A DNA stretch of 64,000 nucleotides. Source: a virus. A model generated the notes under the pieces. It worked only from the letters and a program-made list of their open reading frames with translations. It made no database searches and had not been told where the DNA came from. Each line of letters opens with the position of its first letter. Position 1 is the stretch's first letter. Positions 8,116-19,130 of the stretch are shown in pieces. The stretch spans positions 5,510 through 69,509 of the IMG/VR virus record IMGVR_UViG_3300030328_002066; one strand, written 5' to 3'. Both the position numbers and the translations under genes were made by a program.

Positions 8116-10551
8116 ATGAATAGATGGAATTCTTTAAGTGACCAGAACAAGTCAACTAGATTTACTTATCAGCATCATATTGAAGAAACCCTAACAGATC
8201 AATCCTTAAACAAGTATTGGAAGGGTTATGATAACTGTAAAACAGAGTGTGCAGCAGAGCAAGACTTAATCCAACAGTTTATTAAAGACTGTACGTCTTC
8301 TTTTGAAATGGTTAAAGAAGAAATAAGCAAAGACGGTCGTATGCGCGAATGGGCTCCGGCCCTATTTCTTATTCCTTCTGAAACTTTAGCTGCTATTGTT
8401 ATTTCACAGCTTATTGAAGATCTTGTCGATAGCCGAGATATTAGAAAGAAACTCTATTCTAACGGAGTGGATAACTTTTATTCTGTAGCTTATCGTGTAG
8501 GCAAAGAAGCTAAACTTATTGCGTCTTTTAAACACGCCAAGTTAAATAACTCAGAAGAATACCAATACGTTAACAAATATGTTAAACGTTGGGATAAGAA
8601 AAGATGTATGCGTTTTACAAAAAGATGTGATTCAATTCAATCTTGGAGTAAAAAACAAACGTTATTTCTAGGAACCTGTCTTCTTAACGTAGCCAAAGCT
8701 CACAATGTAATCGAAATTACAAAGCGAAGCTACCGAAAGAATAATAAAACACGAAGCTATAACGAAGTCAGCATGGACCCAAACATCATGCTCGAACTTA
8801 TTAGGCGACATGATTATTATCAATTCCTTCGTATTTTATACAGGCCAATGTTAGTACCTCCTATTCCTCATTCCGAGGAAATACCTGGCGGTTGTCTAAT
8901 GTTAGATCGTAGAAAACCAACGGTGGGGGGAATAAGCAAATCAAGTGAACAAAGCCTTGAGGCTTTAAATGCTTTGCAAACAACAGAATGGTCTGTTAAC
9001 GAACAAGTTTTAGAGGTAATGAATACCATTTACCAACAAAACAGCACCAACTGTAACATGCCCGCTTATAATTTTGAACAGTTTACTTTTCTTAGGCCTT
9101 TTCCTGAGTCTGGTGAACCAGAAGAAAAACTAGCGTGGAAAAAAGAAAAAGAAGAGCAATATAGTCTATGGTACAAAGAGGTTCAAAAACGAGCCCAAAT
9201 GGAAATTAGACTTAACTTAGCTAAAAAGTTAGTTTCTGCTCAATTCTTTTATCATGCTTACACAATGGATTTTCGTGGCAGAGCTTATACAGTTACTGAA
9301 ATGCTAAGTCCTCAAAGCGGTGACTTTGATAAGGGACTGCTTCAGTTTGCCTTAAAAGTAAAAGTGACAAAAGAGGGCATGTACTGGTTAATGGTGCATG
9401 TAGCTAATTGTTTTGATGGAGTCGATTTTGGTTCTGGCCCCGCCAGTGACAAGGTCTCTTTTGACGACCGTGTCTTGTGGGTCAAAAACCATATCGACGA
9501 CATCAGAGCAATTGCTAAAGATCCTTATAGTAATGATATTTGGATGGATAACGAAACTACTAAGAAAAATCCTAGCTTTCAAAGATTGGCTTCAGCCTTT
9601 GGTTTAGTCCAAGCTTTAGATACAGGTTATTCTCAGTTGCCCGTCCAATTAGATGGGTCTTGTAATGGTAGCCAGCATTGGTCTGCTATTATGAGAGATA
9701 AAGAACTTGCCTTACAAGTAAACGTAGCTCCTACTGAAGTACCTGGTGATTTATACCAGTTAGTAGCTGATGTAGCTACTAATGTTTGTAGTCAAGGTCT
9801 AACCAAATGGCAGGAAATTTTCTACGAGCATTGGGAAAAAAACATACCTCGTAAAGTAGTTAAACGTTCTACAATGTGTGATGCTTACGGTATTACAGAT
9901 CATGGAATTCGTCGTTACTGTAGAGAAGAAGGTCATCTTAATTGGATTGAAGATCCTACTGATAAAACACAAGCTGTTAACGAGCTTTCTTTAATCATTA
10001 GAAACTCTTTAGACGGTGCGCTTAGTTCTGCTAATGAAGGTAAGATTTTTCTTCAAGACCTTACTGAGTTATGTGCCGCTCATGGAAAACATGCTTCTTG
10101 GTATACACCAACTGGTTTTAAAGTAATCAATCGATATACACAAGAGAGAGTGAAAGTTCTTGATACTCACTTATATAGAAATTCAAGGCTTCAGCTTAGT
10201 ATTGTAGAAGATACCAAAAACCCTTCTCCAATCATGGCTATTCAAGCAATTCCTCCAAATTATATTCATAGTATTGACGCTGCTCATATGGTGTTAACTA
10301 TACTTAGAATGTTGATTTATAATATACCTAGTTTTTCTATGGTACATGATTCATTTGGTTGCCATTGCTCTTACGTACCTTTAATGAGAAAGTCTTTAAT
10401 AGAAACATTTTATGAGATACACAAAGAACCCTTACTCGAAAAATTCAAAAATGACATCGAAAATGTCGTCGGTCCCGTTGGGAGAAAGCTCCCCAATCCA
10501 GGATCATTCAACATCCAAGATGTTAGAAACTCCGAATACCTTTTCGGATAA
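8116..10551 (+). CDS. T7-like single-subunit DNA-directed RNA polymerase
   Basis: DFRGRAY, motif A LDGSCNGSQH, motif B RKVVKRSTMCDAYG, PNYIHSIDAAH, motif C VHDSF, C-terminal YLFG. Confidence 0.98.
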   Translation: MNRWNSLSDQNKSTRFTYQHHIEETLTDQSLNKYWKGYDNCKTECAAEQDLIQQFIKDCTSSFEMVKEEISKDGRMREWAPALFLIPSETLAAIVISQLIEDLVDSRDIRKKLYSNGVDNFYSVAYRVGKEAKLIASFKHAKLNNSEEYQYVNKYVKRWDKKRCMRFTKRCDSIQSWSKKQTLFLGTCLLNVAKAHNVIEITKRSYRKNNKTRSYNEVSMDPNIMLELIRRHDYYQFLRILYRPMLVPPIPHSEEIPGGCLMLDRRKPTVGGISKSSEQSLEALNALQTTEWSVNEQVLEVMNTIYQQNSTNCNMPAYNFEQFTFLRPFPESGEPEEKLAWKKEKEEQYSLWYKEVQKRAQMEIRLNLAKKLVSAQFFYHAYTMDFRGRAYTVTEMLSPQSGDFDKGLLQFALKVKVTKEGMYWLMVHVANCFDGVDFGSGPASDKVSFDDRVLWVKNHIDDIRAIAKDPYSNDIWMDNETTKKNPSFQRLASAFGLVQALDTGYSQLPVQLDGSCNGSQHWSAIMRDKELALQVNVAPTEVPGDLYQLVADVATNVCSQGLTKWQEIFYEHWEKNIPRKVVKRSTMCDAYGITDHGIRRYCREEGHLNWIEDPTDKTQAVNELSLIIRNSLDGALSSANEGKIFLQDLTELCAAHGKHASWYTPTGFKVINRYTQERVKVLDTHLYRNSRLQLSIVEDTKNPSPIMAIQAIPPNYIHSIDAAHMVLTILRMLIYNIPSFSMVHDSFGCHCSYVPLMRKSLIETFYEIHKEPLLEKFKNDIENVVGPVGRKLPNPGSFNIQDVRNSEYLFG

Positions 10552-10807
10552 CTTAGAACAACTGCCTATTGTCTGCATAGACTGGTATGATGCCGTATGT
10601 AGCGGAGGGTCAGATTGGCAAACGTTTGAAGAAATAGAAGAGGCTATAAACAACGGCCCGTCTAAAGTACGGACTGTTGGTATGATGTTAAAACAAACAG
10701 AAGAGTATATAGCTATTTGCGATACTATTATTTTAGACGGTGAATCGGGTGGTTACGTACATGTTATTCCTTCCGGTATGATTATTTCCTCAAAGGTTTT
10801 ACAATGA
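10520..10807 (+). CDS. Hypothetical phage protein
   Basis: IVCIDWYDA...TVG...IP-x-GMI pattern; start uncertain. Confidence 0.6.
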   Translation: MLETPNTFSDNLEQLPIVCIDWYDAVCSGGSDWQTFEEIEEAINNGPSKVRTVGMMLKQTEEYIAICDTIILDGESGGYVHVIPSGMIISSKVLQ

Positions 10808-11184
10808 AAAACAACTTTAGTATTAAAAGCGAAGCTGATTGTGAGCGAGTCGCAAAAGTTTTTGTTAGTTGGCTAAGGAATAAAAGTCCTCAGTTAAACA
10901 AGCGTCAAATTATTAAGGCTCCAAGCGAAATGTGGGCGCATTATTTTTCAGATATCTACACAGATGAGCTTTTAAATAACCATTTAGAAGAAACCGCTGA
11001 AAAGAATATTATCCATGTTGAGTTTAACGTTATTAACCCTAATAAGACTGGGTTAGAAAACATCAGTAACTCTGATTTAATGGGCCTTCTTCAAGAATTC
11101 TTAGATAACATAGAAAAGCATGAAGAAGAACCCTACGAGTTTAATGATGATGATTTTGATTTAGAAAGCGAAGATAATGAGTAA
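10804..11184 (+). CDS. Hypothetical protein
   Basis: ATGA coupling, acidic tail. Confidence 0.6.
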   Translation: MKNNFSIKSEADCERVAKVFVSWLRNKSPQLNKRQIIKAPSEMWAHYFSDIYTDELLNNHLEETAEKNIIHVEFNVINPNKTGLENISNSDLMGLLQEFLDNIEKHEEEPYEFNDDDFDLESEDNE

Positions 11185-11494
11185 AGAACGTAGATTTATT
11201 AGTGGCCCTATTAAGGGGACTAAACTAGAAATCATGCCTAGCAAAGCAGCTACGCATCTTTCTAATGGTACTCCAATTCTAGAGCGATGCCTTGAAGATA
11301 AAAACCCATCGCTCTTATCTAGTACCCAACAAGCCGCACTTGCTGGCAAAGTTAATGTACATGAACCACAAGAGTACGTGATTAAAGAAAAGAACAAATC
11401 TACTCGATATGTAGGTCCTTCGATTGCCCAAGAATGGAAGATTCTTTATCAAGGTAAACGTCCCTTCTATCAGGCAGTACAGGAGCGTTCATGA
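11177..11494 (+). CDS. Hypothetical protein
   Basis: Coupled on both sides. Confidence 0.6.
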   Translation: MSKERRFISGPIKGTKLEIMPSKAATHLSNGTPILERCLEDKNPSLLSSTQQAALAGKVNVHEPQEYVIKEKNKSTRYVGPSIAQEWKILYQGKRPFYQAVQERS

Positions 11495-12183
11495 GTAATG
11501 TTCTTGTAATTGGAGATACACACTGTCCTGCAATGTTAGATTCTTATCCAGATTTTTTAAAGGATATCTATGATTCTTGGAACTGCGATAGAGTCGTGCA
11601 TATTGGCGATCTTGTCGATTTTCATGGTATTAGTTTCCATGCTAAAGAAATAGGAATGCCTAACATTGAAGAAGAGCTAGAAGAAGCTAAGCGCCAGGTA
11701 AAAAACCTAACGAAAATTTTTCCTAAGGTTGATTACTTAACCGGAAACCACTCTGCTCTCCCCGCTAGACAAGCGCAGGAAGCAGGGCTGCCTCCTTCAA
11801 TGCTCTTATCACTATCACAGATCCTAGATCTCCCTGATACATGGAACGTACTTCCTCGTTACACAGATTTAATCATTGACGGTGTAATCTATAGACACGG
11901 TGACAAGGGGCGCTCAAATCAAGCAAACGCTGCTTTTTTAAACGCTCAAATCGAATTTATGTCCGTCGTGCAAGGACACTTCCACGCTCAAGGTGGAGTA
12001 TTGTACGGAGCTAACCAGGCCTCAAGATACTTTGGTATGCAAACTGGTTGCGGGGTAGATCCTAGATCTCCCTACCTTAATTATAGTAAGATCTATAGTA
12101 AACGTCCTATTCTAGGATGTGGTGTAGTTCTAAATGGTGAAAGCGCTGTCTTCGAGCCCCTATTTTTAGAAGACTGGCGTTAA
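11491..12183 (+). CDS. Calcineurin-like metallophosphoesterase
   Basis: GDTH, GDLVD, GNH, HGD and GHFH motifs. Confidence 0.9.
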   Translation: MSNVLVIGDTHCPAMLDSYPDFLKDIYDSWNCDRVVHIGDLVDFHGISFHAKEIGMPNIEEELEEAKRQVKNLTKIFPKVDYLTGNHSALPARQAQEAGLPPSMLLSLSQILDLPDTWNVLPRYTDLIIDGVIYRHGDKGRSNQANAAFLNAQIEFMSVVQGHFHAQGGVLYGANQASRYFGMQTGCGVDPRSPYLNYSKIYSKRPILGCGVVLNGESAVFEPLFLEDWR

Positions 12184-12234
12184 TATTGGGCGTAGTCCCA
12201 TCAAGTAAGTTGTGTAATATAAAGGAAAGACACA

Positions 12235-12786
12235 ATGGCAAATCGTAACAATGAACTTTATTCTCCGGTAGTAGAAATCGCATGGGCAAACCTTCGTAAG
12301 CCTGACGAATTCCGGGGTAGCAAGAAGCACGACGTTCAGGTCGTAGTCAATGAGGAATTCCAGGCTCAAATTGATAAGCTTGGTATGCCCCTCAACGGCA
12401 CTTATACTGGCAAAGAATCTGGCGATACTATCGTTAAGGTCAAGACCACCGAGTTCACTAAGAAGGACAAGGAAGAATATGGTCGGATTGTAGATTCTCG
12501 TGGTGTAAAGACTGACTATTTCCCTCAAAAGGGTGACAAGGTCCGTCTTAAGATCTGGACCCGTGAGTGGGAAGGTAAGATGAGTCTCTTCCTCTCAGGT
12601 GTACAAGTCATTGAAGCCAATGGCTCAATGAGCAGTGGCTGGGAAAGCCACGATGATGGCTTTGTAACTGAGAAGTCTGAAGATTCTAAGGAAGGAACTC
12701 CCAAGGATGATTGTTGTGGAGATCCTGCAACATGTGAGACTCCTTGTGAAACCGCTGCAAGTGGTGGAGAGGATCTACCGTTCTGA
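12235..12786 (+). CDS. ssb: Single-stranded DNA-binding protein (T7 gp2.5-like)
   Basis: WANLRKPDEF, LSGVQVIE, acidic tail ending EDLPF; position in replication module. Confidence 0.8.
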   Translation: MANRNNELYSPVVEIAWANLRKPDEFRGSKKHDVQVVVNEEFQAQIDKLGMPLNGTYTGKESGDTIVKVKTTEFTKKDKEEYGRIVDSRGVKTDYFPQKGDKVRLKIWTREWEGKMSLFLSGVQVIEANGSMSSGWESHDDGFVTEKSEDSKEGTPKDDCCGDPATCETPCETAASGGEDLPF

Positions 12787-13181
12787 TGCTAAAGCAATGG
12801 AGGTTTAATATTAATCCCATTGCTGCATCCAGACCGCGTGTAACAAGAGCGGGACATACGTACTATGCCGGTCCGTATAAAAGATTCCGTGAAGACATGA
12901 TTCTGCTAAAAGAAGAGCAGCTAGGAGGCTTTGAGCCTCTTAGCTCTCTACTTTTAGTGGAGATTGAGTGTTACATAACAAAACCCAAAACAACCAAACT
13001 GCTTACTCCACGAGCCGATGTCGATAATTATGCCAAAAGCATAATGGATCAGTTCAATGGCTGGTTATGGGATGATGATAGGCAGGTTATAAACCTATCT
13101 ATCAGCAAAGCGTGGTGTGAAGATGAGATCAATGCGGGTTATTTTACAATATCTATAGAGGAGTATCCTACAGATGAGTGA
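12786..13181 (+). CDS. rusA: RusA-like Holliday junction resolvase
   Basis: ASRPRV, DVDNYAKSIMD, DDRQV. Confidence 0.9.
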   Translation: MLKQWRFNINPIAASRPRVTRAGHTYYAGPYKRFREDMILLKEEQLGGFEPLSSLLLVEIECYITKPKTTKLLTPRADVDNYAKSIMDQFNGWLWDDDRQVINLSISKAWCEDEINAGYFTISIEEYPTDE

Positions 13182-14877
13182 GTCTTTTGTGACTAACCGA
13201 GAGCAATGCCCTAAGTGTGCTGCTGAAGGACATGATAACTCAGAGGATAATTTAGCAAGATACAACGATGGACATGCTTATTGCTATCGTTGTAAATATT
13301 ATGAAAAAGGCAATAACGTGATCGAACAACGTAAACCAATAGGTGACTGGAAGCCTTTGTATGGTGAGTATAAAGATTTATCAGATCGTAGATTACAAGA
13401 AGCTACTCTTAGAAAGTTTAGCTATCAATTAATCGACCATCCTGAAAAGGGCTGCGTACACGTAGCTAACTTTTATGTAAATAGTTCTCTCGCTGCACAA
13501 AAGTTTCGCGGACCTGATAAACAATTTAAATGGCGAGGCGAATCTAGAAGTGCTGGCTTGTTTGGTCAACATCTATTTGACGGAAGCAATAGCCGTAGAC
13601 TTGTGATTACGGAAGGCGAAATTGATGCTATGTCCGTTTACCAAGCTAACGGAGGTTGGCCTGTAGTTTCTCTTAATGGAGGAACTGGTAACGCTATTAA
13701 CAACATTAAAGACAATCTTGAATGGATTTCAAAATTCCCTGAGATTATTCTTATGTTTGACAGCGATGATGTAGGCAGAGAGACTGCTTTGAATTGCGCT
13801 CAGCTTCTTCCACCAGGAAGAGTTAAAATTGCTACGCTACCTCGTAAAGACGCAAACGAATGTTTGAAGTCTAATGACAGCAAATCAATTGTTAATGCAA
13901 TCTTTCAAGCTAAAGTCTACAGCCCCGATGAAATCTTACACGTAGCTGACATTGCAGAATCCTTTTCTGAGGATACGATGGAAGTGTATGCTTACCCCTG
14001 GGATAACCTATCTGAGTTTTTACTTGGACAACGTAGTGGAGAAGTTTCTCTATGGTGTTCTGGCACAGGCTCTGGTAAGTCTACTATTCTAAGAGAAGTT
14101 GCACACCACCATCTTGAAGAAGGTCGTTCCGTTGGAATGATCATGCTTGAAGAATCCCCAGAAGAAACACGCGATGACATGATTTCGTTGCTTATCAATA
14201 AACCTGTAAGGGCTATTAGAGCAACTAAGATTATGAACAACCTGCGTAAGAAGATGGGCAAAGAGCCTATTAGTATCGAATTCTTTGATGATCTTAGCGA
14301 CGAAGAGTATTCAGAAGCTAAGAAATCATTAGAAGATACTAATCTTTACATCTACGATCACTTAGGTAATAGCGCAATGACTAACATCATAGCGCGTATG
14401 GAATACATGGCTGTTTCTTTGGGCGTAGATACAATCATTCTAGACCACATTACTGCTCTTGCAGCAGGTATGATGGTTAGCAAGGATGACGAAAGTACCA
14501 ATGAGCGTATCTTAATTGATACTGTAATGAAACAATTACGTGCATTAGCTGTACGTACAGGTGTTCACATTGATATTGTATCCCAGCTTAAGAAAACTGA
14601 CAAGGCTTTTGAAGAAGGTACTCGTATTACTCTCCAGGATCTAAGAGGTTCTGGTAGCCTGGCTTCTGTTCCAAACACAATCATTGCGCTTGAACGTGAT
14701 CGTCAAGCTGATTGTGAATACGAAGCTAATACAACTACTGTAAGAGTTCTTAAGAATCGTCTTACGGGAAGATCTGGAGTAGCTTCATGTTTATATTATA
14801 ATAGAAACGCTGGTAGACTTAAAGAAGTTGATTTTCAACTGTCCGAAGGTCAGGTGGTTCTTAACCCTAACACATAG
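13174..14877 (+). CDS. DNA primase-helicase (T7 gp4-like)
   Basis: Zn finger CPKC...CYRC, TOPRIM TEGEID and FDSD, Walker A GTGSGKST, ILDH, DLRGSG, KNR. Confidence 0.97.
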   Translation: MSESFVTNREQCPKCAAEGHDNSEDNLARYNDGHAYCYRCKYYEKGNNVIEQRKPIGDWKPLYGEYKDLSDRRLQEATLRKFSYQLIDHPEKGCVHVANFYVNSSLAAQKFRGPDKQFKWRGESRSAGLFGQHLFDGSNSRRLVITEGEIDAMSVYQANGGWPVVSLNGGTGNAINNIKDNLEWISKFPEIILMFDSDDVGRETALNCAQLLPPGRVKIATLPRKDANECLKSNDSKSIVNAIFQAKVYSPDEILHVADIAESFSEDTMEVYAYPWDNLSEFLLGQRSGEVSLWCSGTGSGKSTILREVAHHHLEEGRSVGMIMLEESPEETRDDMISLLINKPVRAIRATKIMNNLRKKMGKEPISIEFFDDLSDEEYSEAKKSLEDTNLYIYDHLGNSAMTNIIARMEYMAVSLGVDTIILDHITALAAGMMVSKDDESTNERILIDTVMKQLRALAVRTGVHIDIVSQLKKTDKAFEEGTRITLQDLRGSGSLASVPNTIIALERDRQADCEYEANTTTVRVLKNRLTGRSGVASCLYYNRNAGRLKEVDFQLSEGQVVLNPNT

Positions 14878-14885
14878 GAAAAAAC

Positions 14886-16580
14886 GTGCGACTAGTATTC
14901 GACATCGAGGCTAACGGCCTATACTGGGATGTAACGGAGATTTACTGTTTAGTAGCTTACGACATTGATACAAAGAAAACTTATAAATTTACTGCGGATA
15001 GTATCCGAAGTACTATTGAAGAAGGCGTTAAATTTGTGTTTAAAGCTGATACGCTTATTGGACACAACATTACAACGTATGATATCCCTGTCATAGAAAA
15101 ACTATATAATATTAAATTCACCGGGAAAATCTTAGATACTCTTATTACATCTCGTTTAATGTACCCAGATATTAGGCAACATCCTTTTGGAGGCAACGGT
15201 CTAAAAAACTGGGGTGAGCACTTGGGAAATGCTAAAATTGAGTTCGAAGATTGGACACATTTCTCCGACGATATGCTAACATATTGTGTGCAGGATGTCA
15301 TGCTAAACTATGATATCTTGCAAGCTCAAAAAGAGTTTATTAAAGAAAACGAAAAAATAATTAAGTTTGAAACTTTAGTAGCTCAGATTTGTTTTAAGCA
15401 GCATCAAAAAGGATTTGGTTATGATCTTGAAAAAGGCGTTGATTTAGAACAGGTTTTAGCTATTGAACGAGCTACTTATTTAGATAATCTCCAAACAACC
15501 TTTCCTGATACTATTGAAGAACGCTGGTCTGAAAAAACAGGTAAGCAACTTAAATCAAAAATTACAGCCTTTAATCCGCAAAGTAATCTACAAGTTTATC
15601 AAAGATTTGTAGAAAAGTATCCTGGTATTGATAAAGCAATTCCTCGTACTGAAAAAGGTAATCCTCAGATTGATTCGTTAGTCTTAAAGGATTTAGATAA
15701 AAGAGGTGTAAAAGAAGCTAATTCAATTTTACAATACCGAGACACTCTAAAACTAGAGGGTCAGATAAAGGATTGGAATGATAAAGCTTCTAAGTCTTTG
15801 GACGGTCGCATCCACGGAGAAGTTAACACACAAGGAGCTGGAACAGGTCGTTGTACTCACGCTAATCCAAATGTTGCTCAAGTAGCTAAAGACAAAAGAA
15901 TGCGTGCGTTATGGGTTCCAGGTATTAAAGATTATGTACAAGTAGGATGCGATTTATCTGGGTTAGAGTTAAGAATGTTAGCTCATTACATGCATAAGCA
16001 TGATGATGGAGCCTATGCTGACGTAATTTTGAACGGTGATGTTCATAGTATGAATCAAGAAGCTGCTGGTTTATCTACACGAGACCAAGCTAAGACATTT
16101 ATTTATGGATTCCTTTATGGAGCAGGTGACACTAAGATTGGTACAATCGTAGGTGGAAGCCGAAACAAAGGCAAAGAACTAAAAGAAAAGTTCTTAGCTC
16201 AGCTCCCTGCTTTGAAGAAAGTAATTGAAGAAGTCCAGTGGTCTTTTCTAGAGCGTGGCGAAGTTCAACTGCCTGATGGTAGATGGGTTCGTTGTAGATC
16301 AGAACATGCAGCTCTAAATACTATGCTTCAAGGCGCTGGAGCAATCGTCTCTAAATACTGGATGGCGGTTGCTAATCTACGTCTACAGCATTTAGGATCA
16401 AAAGTATTTCAAATGGCCTATGTCCACGATGAGTTGCAGTTTGCTGCTCATAAAGACGTAGCTGACGAAGTATGTAAGATCCTAGAAGCTGCTAGTCTAG
16501 AAGCCGGAGAACGCCTTGGAATTAACATGCCGATTCATTCTGAAGCGTGCATTGGTTCAAACTGGCAGGAAACACATTAA
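14886..16580 (+). CDS. polA: DNA polymerase family A with 3'-5' exonuclease (T7 gp5-like)
   Basis: FDIE, HN...YD, YC-x-QDV, DLSGLELR, AKTFIYGFLYG, VHDE; GTG start. Confidence 0.97.
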   Translation: MRLVFDIEANGLYWDVTEIYCLVAYDIDTKKTYKFTADSIRSTIEEGVKFVFKADTLIGHNITTYDIPVIEKLYNIKFTGKILDTLITSRLMYPDIRQHPFGGNGLKNWGEHLGNAKIEFEDWTHFSDDMLTYCVQDVMLNYDILQAQKEFIKENEKIIKFETLVAQICFKQHQKGFGYDLEKGVDLEQVLAIERATYLDNLQTTFPDTIEERWSEKTGKQLKSKITAFNPQSNLQVYQRFVEKYPGIDKAIPRTEKGNPQIDSLVLKDLDKRGVKEANSILQYRDTLKLEGQIKDWNDKASKSLDGRIHGEVNTQGAGTGRCTHANPNVAQVAKDKRMRALWVPGIKDYVQVGCDLSGLELRMLAHYMHKHDDGAYADVILNGDVHSMNQEAAGLSTRDQAKTFIYGFLYGAGDTKIGTIVGGSRNKGKELKEKFLAQLPALKKVIEEVQWSFLERGEVQLPDGRWVRCRSEHAALNTMLQGAGAIVSKYWMAVANLRLQHLGSKVFQMAYVHDELQFAAHKDVADEVCKILEAASLEAGERLGINMPIHSEACIGSNWQETH

Positions 16581-19130
16581 ATGGCACGTACCCCAACTTG
16601 GTATTCAATACGAAAGAGACTAGAAGCGGGGGAAGTTAAGGCTAACAACGAACTTGAAAGGTTCTTAACTTCTCTAGCTTCCTTTTTTAATTGTATTGAC
16701 ATATGGTATCAAACATCTGAAGAAGACTCTAATATAATAGAGTGTCAGATTATATATTTACAAGCAGATTCTACTTTTACAGCATCAAAATCTTGGGAAG
16801 AGAACGGAGAACGTCCTAAGTTTTGGATGCAGTTAAAAGGAACTGTGGCAGAAATTAGAGCAACTTTTATTTCTTTATTACCTAGACTATCTAGACTACA
16901 TAGCGAAAAAAGACACGGTGAATGGAACTTTGGTTCTACTCAACCTTACGAAGGTCAAGGCGCTATTCAAACTGTAGATGGTAGCGGTAATGTAATTCTT
17001 AGCGGTCGCTTTGGTGACTTAACTGTATACGATAATAAAGCTGACGAAATAGACTGGGAAACGATAACGTGGGCTTTTGATGTTTGCTCAGTTCAAGCTA
17101 ACGTAGGACCAAACGCTGGACTATGTATAGAACAGCCTGGTATGACTGAAAGAATCTGCAATTGTTTATCTGGATCTAGTTGTGGTACGTGTCTTTTAGG
17201 CGGCTGTGGTGACGTATGGGATGCTCAATGGCCTTATACTGAGGCCCAATGTAATAGCGACAGCGGTACTTTTATTCCTTGTTTAACGGGAACGTCTACA
17301 GATCCCTGGCCTTGTGGCGTAGATTATTCCCAATATCCTCAAAGTTATTGGGAACAGACTCAAAAATGTGATCCGTGCGATGCATGTGATGCCAGTAATC
17401 CATGTACTGTCGAGGGCGAAGAATGTCTAGATGGTTGCTGTGGAACTCCTGGAGGAGGAGGAAGTGCTACAGAAGGACAGTCCTGTGCTACTACATCTGA
17501 ATGTAAAAGCGGTCTTAGTTGCTGTGGAGATGTCGGTAGAAAAGTATGTGTATCCAACACTTCAGTAGGAACTTGTTTTACGTCAAGTGATATTTGTACT
17601 GCTGGTAATGTATGTGCTGAAGATATATCTGAATGCGCTTGTACAGGAGCGAATAAGTATTTTGCTAAAGGTGATTTATCTTGTGATAACTATTCTTTAG
17701 AAGGGTGGCGAAATTTCTTTGGTTGTTCAACAGGATGTTGTGTAATTATACCTTCAAGCGGGCCTTGTGCTGGTAAGGTTTATTCTATTATTACTCCCGG
17801 TGAATGTACAGCCAAATGTGCTGGCGGGGGTTGTACAGCAAAGTTTTATCCCGCTGTATCAGATTCTTGTAAGTGTTTAACTTTATTAGCTAACATACAA
17901 AAGGCTTGCGTAGATTGCGACACAGACGACGTTTGTACTGATGATACAGATTGTTCTACTGGATATAGTTGTGTAAATGAATGTTGTGTCGAAGATGATC
18001 CAGCATGTAATCCACTGGGTTTAGACGCAAGTACCGTAGCAGCACCAACTACTATAAACGTTACTGTTACATGGAAGTACACCTCAGGTACTCACATGTC
18101 TCCCGGATATGTCGATGGCTCTAAAAATGAGGATTGGAATAGTTTGTTTTGGTGGTATCCTACAAGTAACGTAGGTAGCACTTGGATTGCTGCGCTTACT
18201 GCTGGTAATTCTTTTGCTCATGCCAATTTCTATAACCAAGACAATGGGTCTTGTACTGAAACTTGTAGTCCTCCTGCTAACTCTTGCGACTGTGATTCAG
18301 AAGTATGTAAAACAGTAACCTGGACTGAAGGAAATAATACCCGAGTCGGTAAGTATGGAGATATAGCTTTAAGTGGCTATAGTAATACTGCTTCAGTAGG
18401 CGCTGGAACGTGTGCTGTAACTTATAGTTTTACTAAAGATAGCGGAAACAATATCGAAGATATTTACACTATTAAGAGTGCAACTATAGATGTTCCTCAT
18501 TTTCGTAACGAGTTTTCTACTACTACACTTACAAAGAAATGTTGTAACAGAAACTGTTTTAGAAAATGTAGCTGTAGAGACGTAGCTACAGATTGCTCTA
18601 GTGAAAAATCAGAATACTCTGACACACAGTATTGGAGACAAGGAAAACCTGTAGTTGAAAAGCTTTCGGTTCCCTTTAATTCTGCTGTTCTTAAAAGAAA
18701 GAGGGTAAGTGATACCGAGGCTAAATGGGAATACGATATAAACATCGAAGGCTTAGCTAATGGTAATTCCTATAGTATAGCTCTTAATTCTACTGCCGAA
18801 GCGTCAGGAGGATCTTTAACAACTGTTTTCCCTGATTCTATAAAACACCATAATGACGCTTACAATGCTGGCTATTATTCATCAAAGAATTATCATCAGT
18901 ATTGTGGACAACAACCTAGAGCTAAAGATTTAAAAGCGACGTTTTGGAAGCCCCTCTCTTTTACTCTACCATCTCCTTATAATAACGATACATCTAAAGT
19001 ATCTACTTGGGGTATTAATAGCGCAGCGGTTCTTGCAACAGCTGAGCAGGGTAAAGGTTATTTATGGACTCCGACAACGGGTCAAATAGATTCACATCAA
19101 GCTACTGTAGTAGTAGCGGAGGTAACTTAA
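16581..19130 (+). CDS. Large cysteine-rich hypothetical protein
   Basis: 849 aa, about 60 Cys by hand count, knottin-like spacing C-x5-C-x4/5-C-x3-CC. Confidence 0.8.
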   Translation: MARTPTWYSIRKRLEAGEVKANNELERFLTSLASFFNCIDIWYQTSEEDSNIIECQIIYLQADSTFTASKSWEENGERPKFWMQLKGTVAEIRATFISLLPRLSRLHSEKRHGEWNFGSTQPYEGQGAIQTVDGSGNVILSGRFGDLTVYDNKADEIDWETITWAFDVCSVQANVGPNAGLCIEQPGMTERICNCLSGSSCGTCLLGGCGDVWDAQWPYTEAQCNSDSGTFIPCLTGTSTDPWPCGVDYSQYPQSYWEQTQKCDPCDACDASNPCTVEGEECLDGCCGTPGGGGSATEGQSCATTSECKSGLSCCGDVGRKVCVSNTSVGTCFTSSDICTAGNVCAEDISECACTGANKYFAKGDLSCDNYSLEGWRNFFGCSTGCCVIIPSSGPCAGKVYSIITPGECTAKCAGGGCTAKFYPAVSDSCKCLTLLANIQKACVDCDTDDVCTDDTDCSTGYSCVNECCVEDDPACNPLGLDASTVAAPTTINVTVTWKYTSGTHMSPGYVDGSKNEDWNSLFWWYPTSNVGSTWIAALTAGNSFAHANFYNQDNGSCTETCSPPANSCDCDSEVCKTVTWTEGNNTRVGKYGDIALSGYSNTASVGAGTCAVTYSFTKDSGNNIEDIYTIKSATIDVPHFRNEFSTTTLTKKCCNRNCFRKCSCRDVATDCSSEKSEYSDTQYWRQGKPVVEKLSVPFNSAVLKRKRVSDTEAKWEYDINIEGLANGNSYSIALNSTAEASGGSLTTVFPDSIKHHNDAYNAGYYSSKNYHQYCGQQPRAKDLKATFWKPLSFTLPSPYNNDTSKVSTWGINSAAVLATAEQGKGYLWTPTTGQIDSHQATVVVAEVT

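Noticed and set aside
12176-12200. Additional promoter copies at GGCGTTAA (also 30580 and 43153)
   Set aside because: Only 8 nt match; they lack the CGCCTGAGTCTAAGAG half
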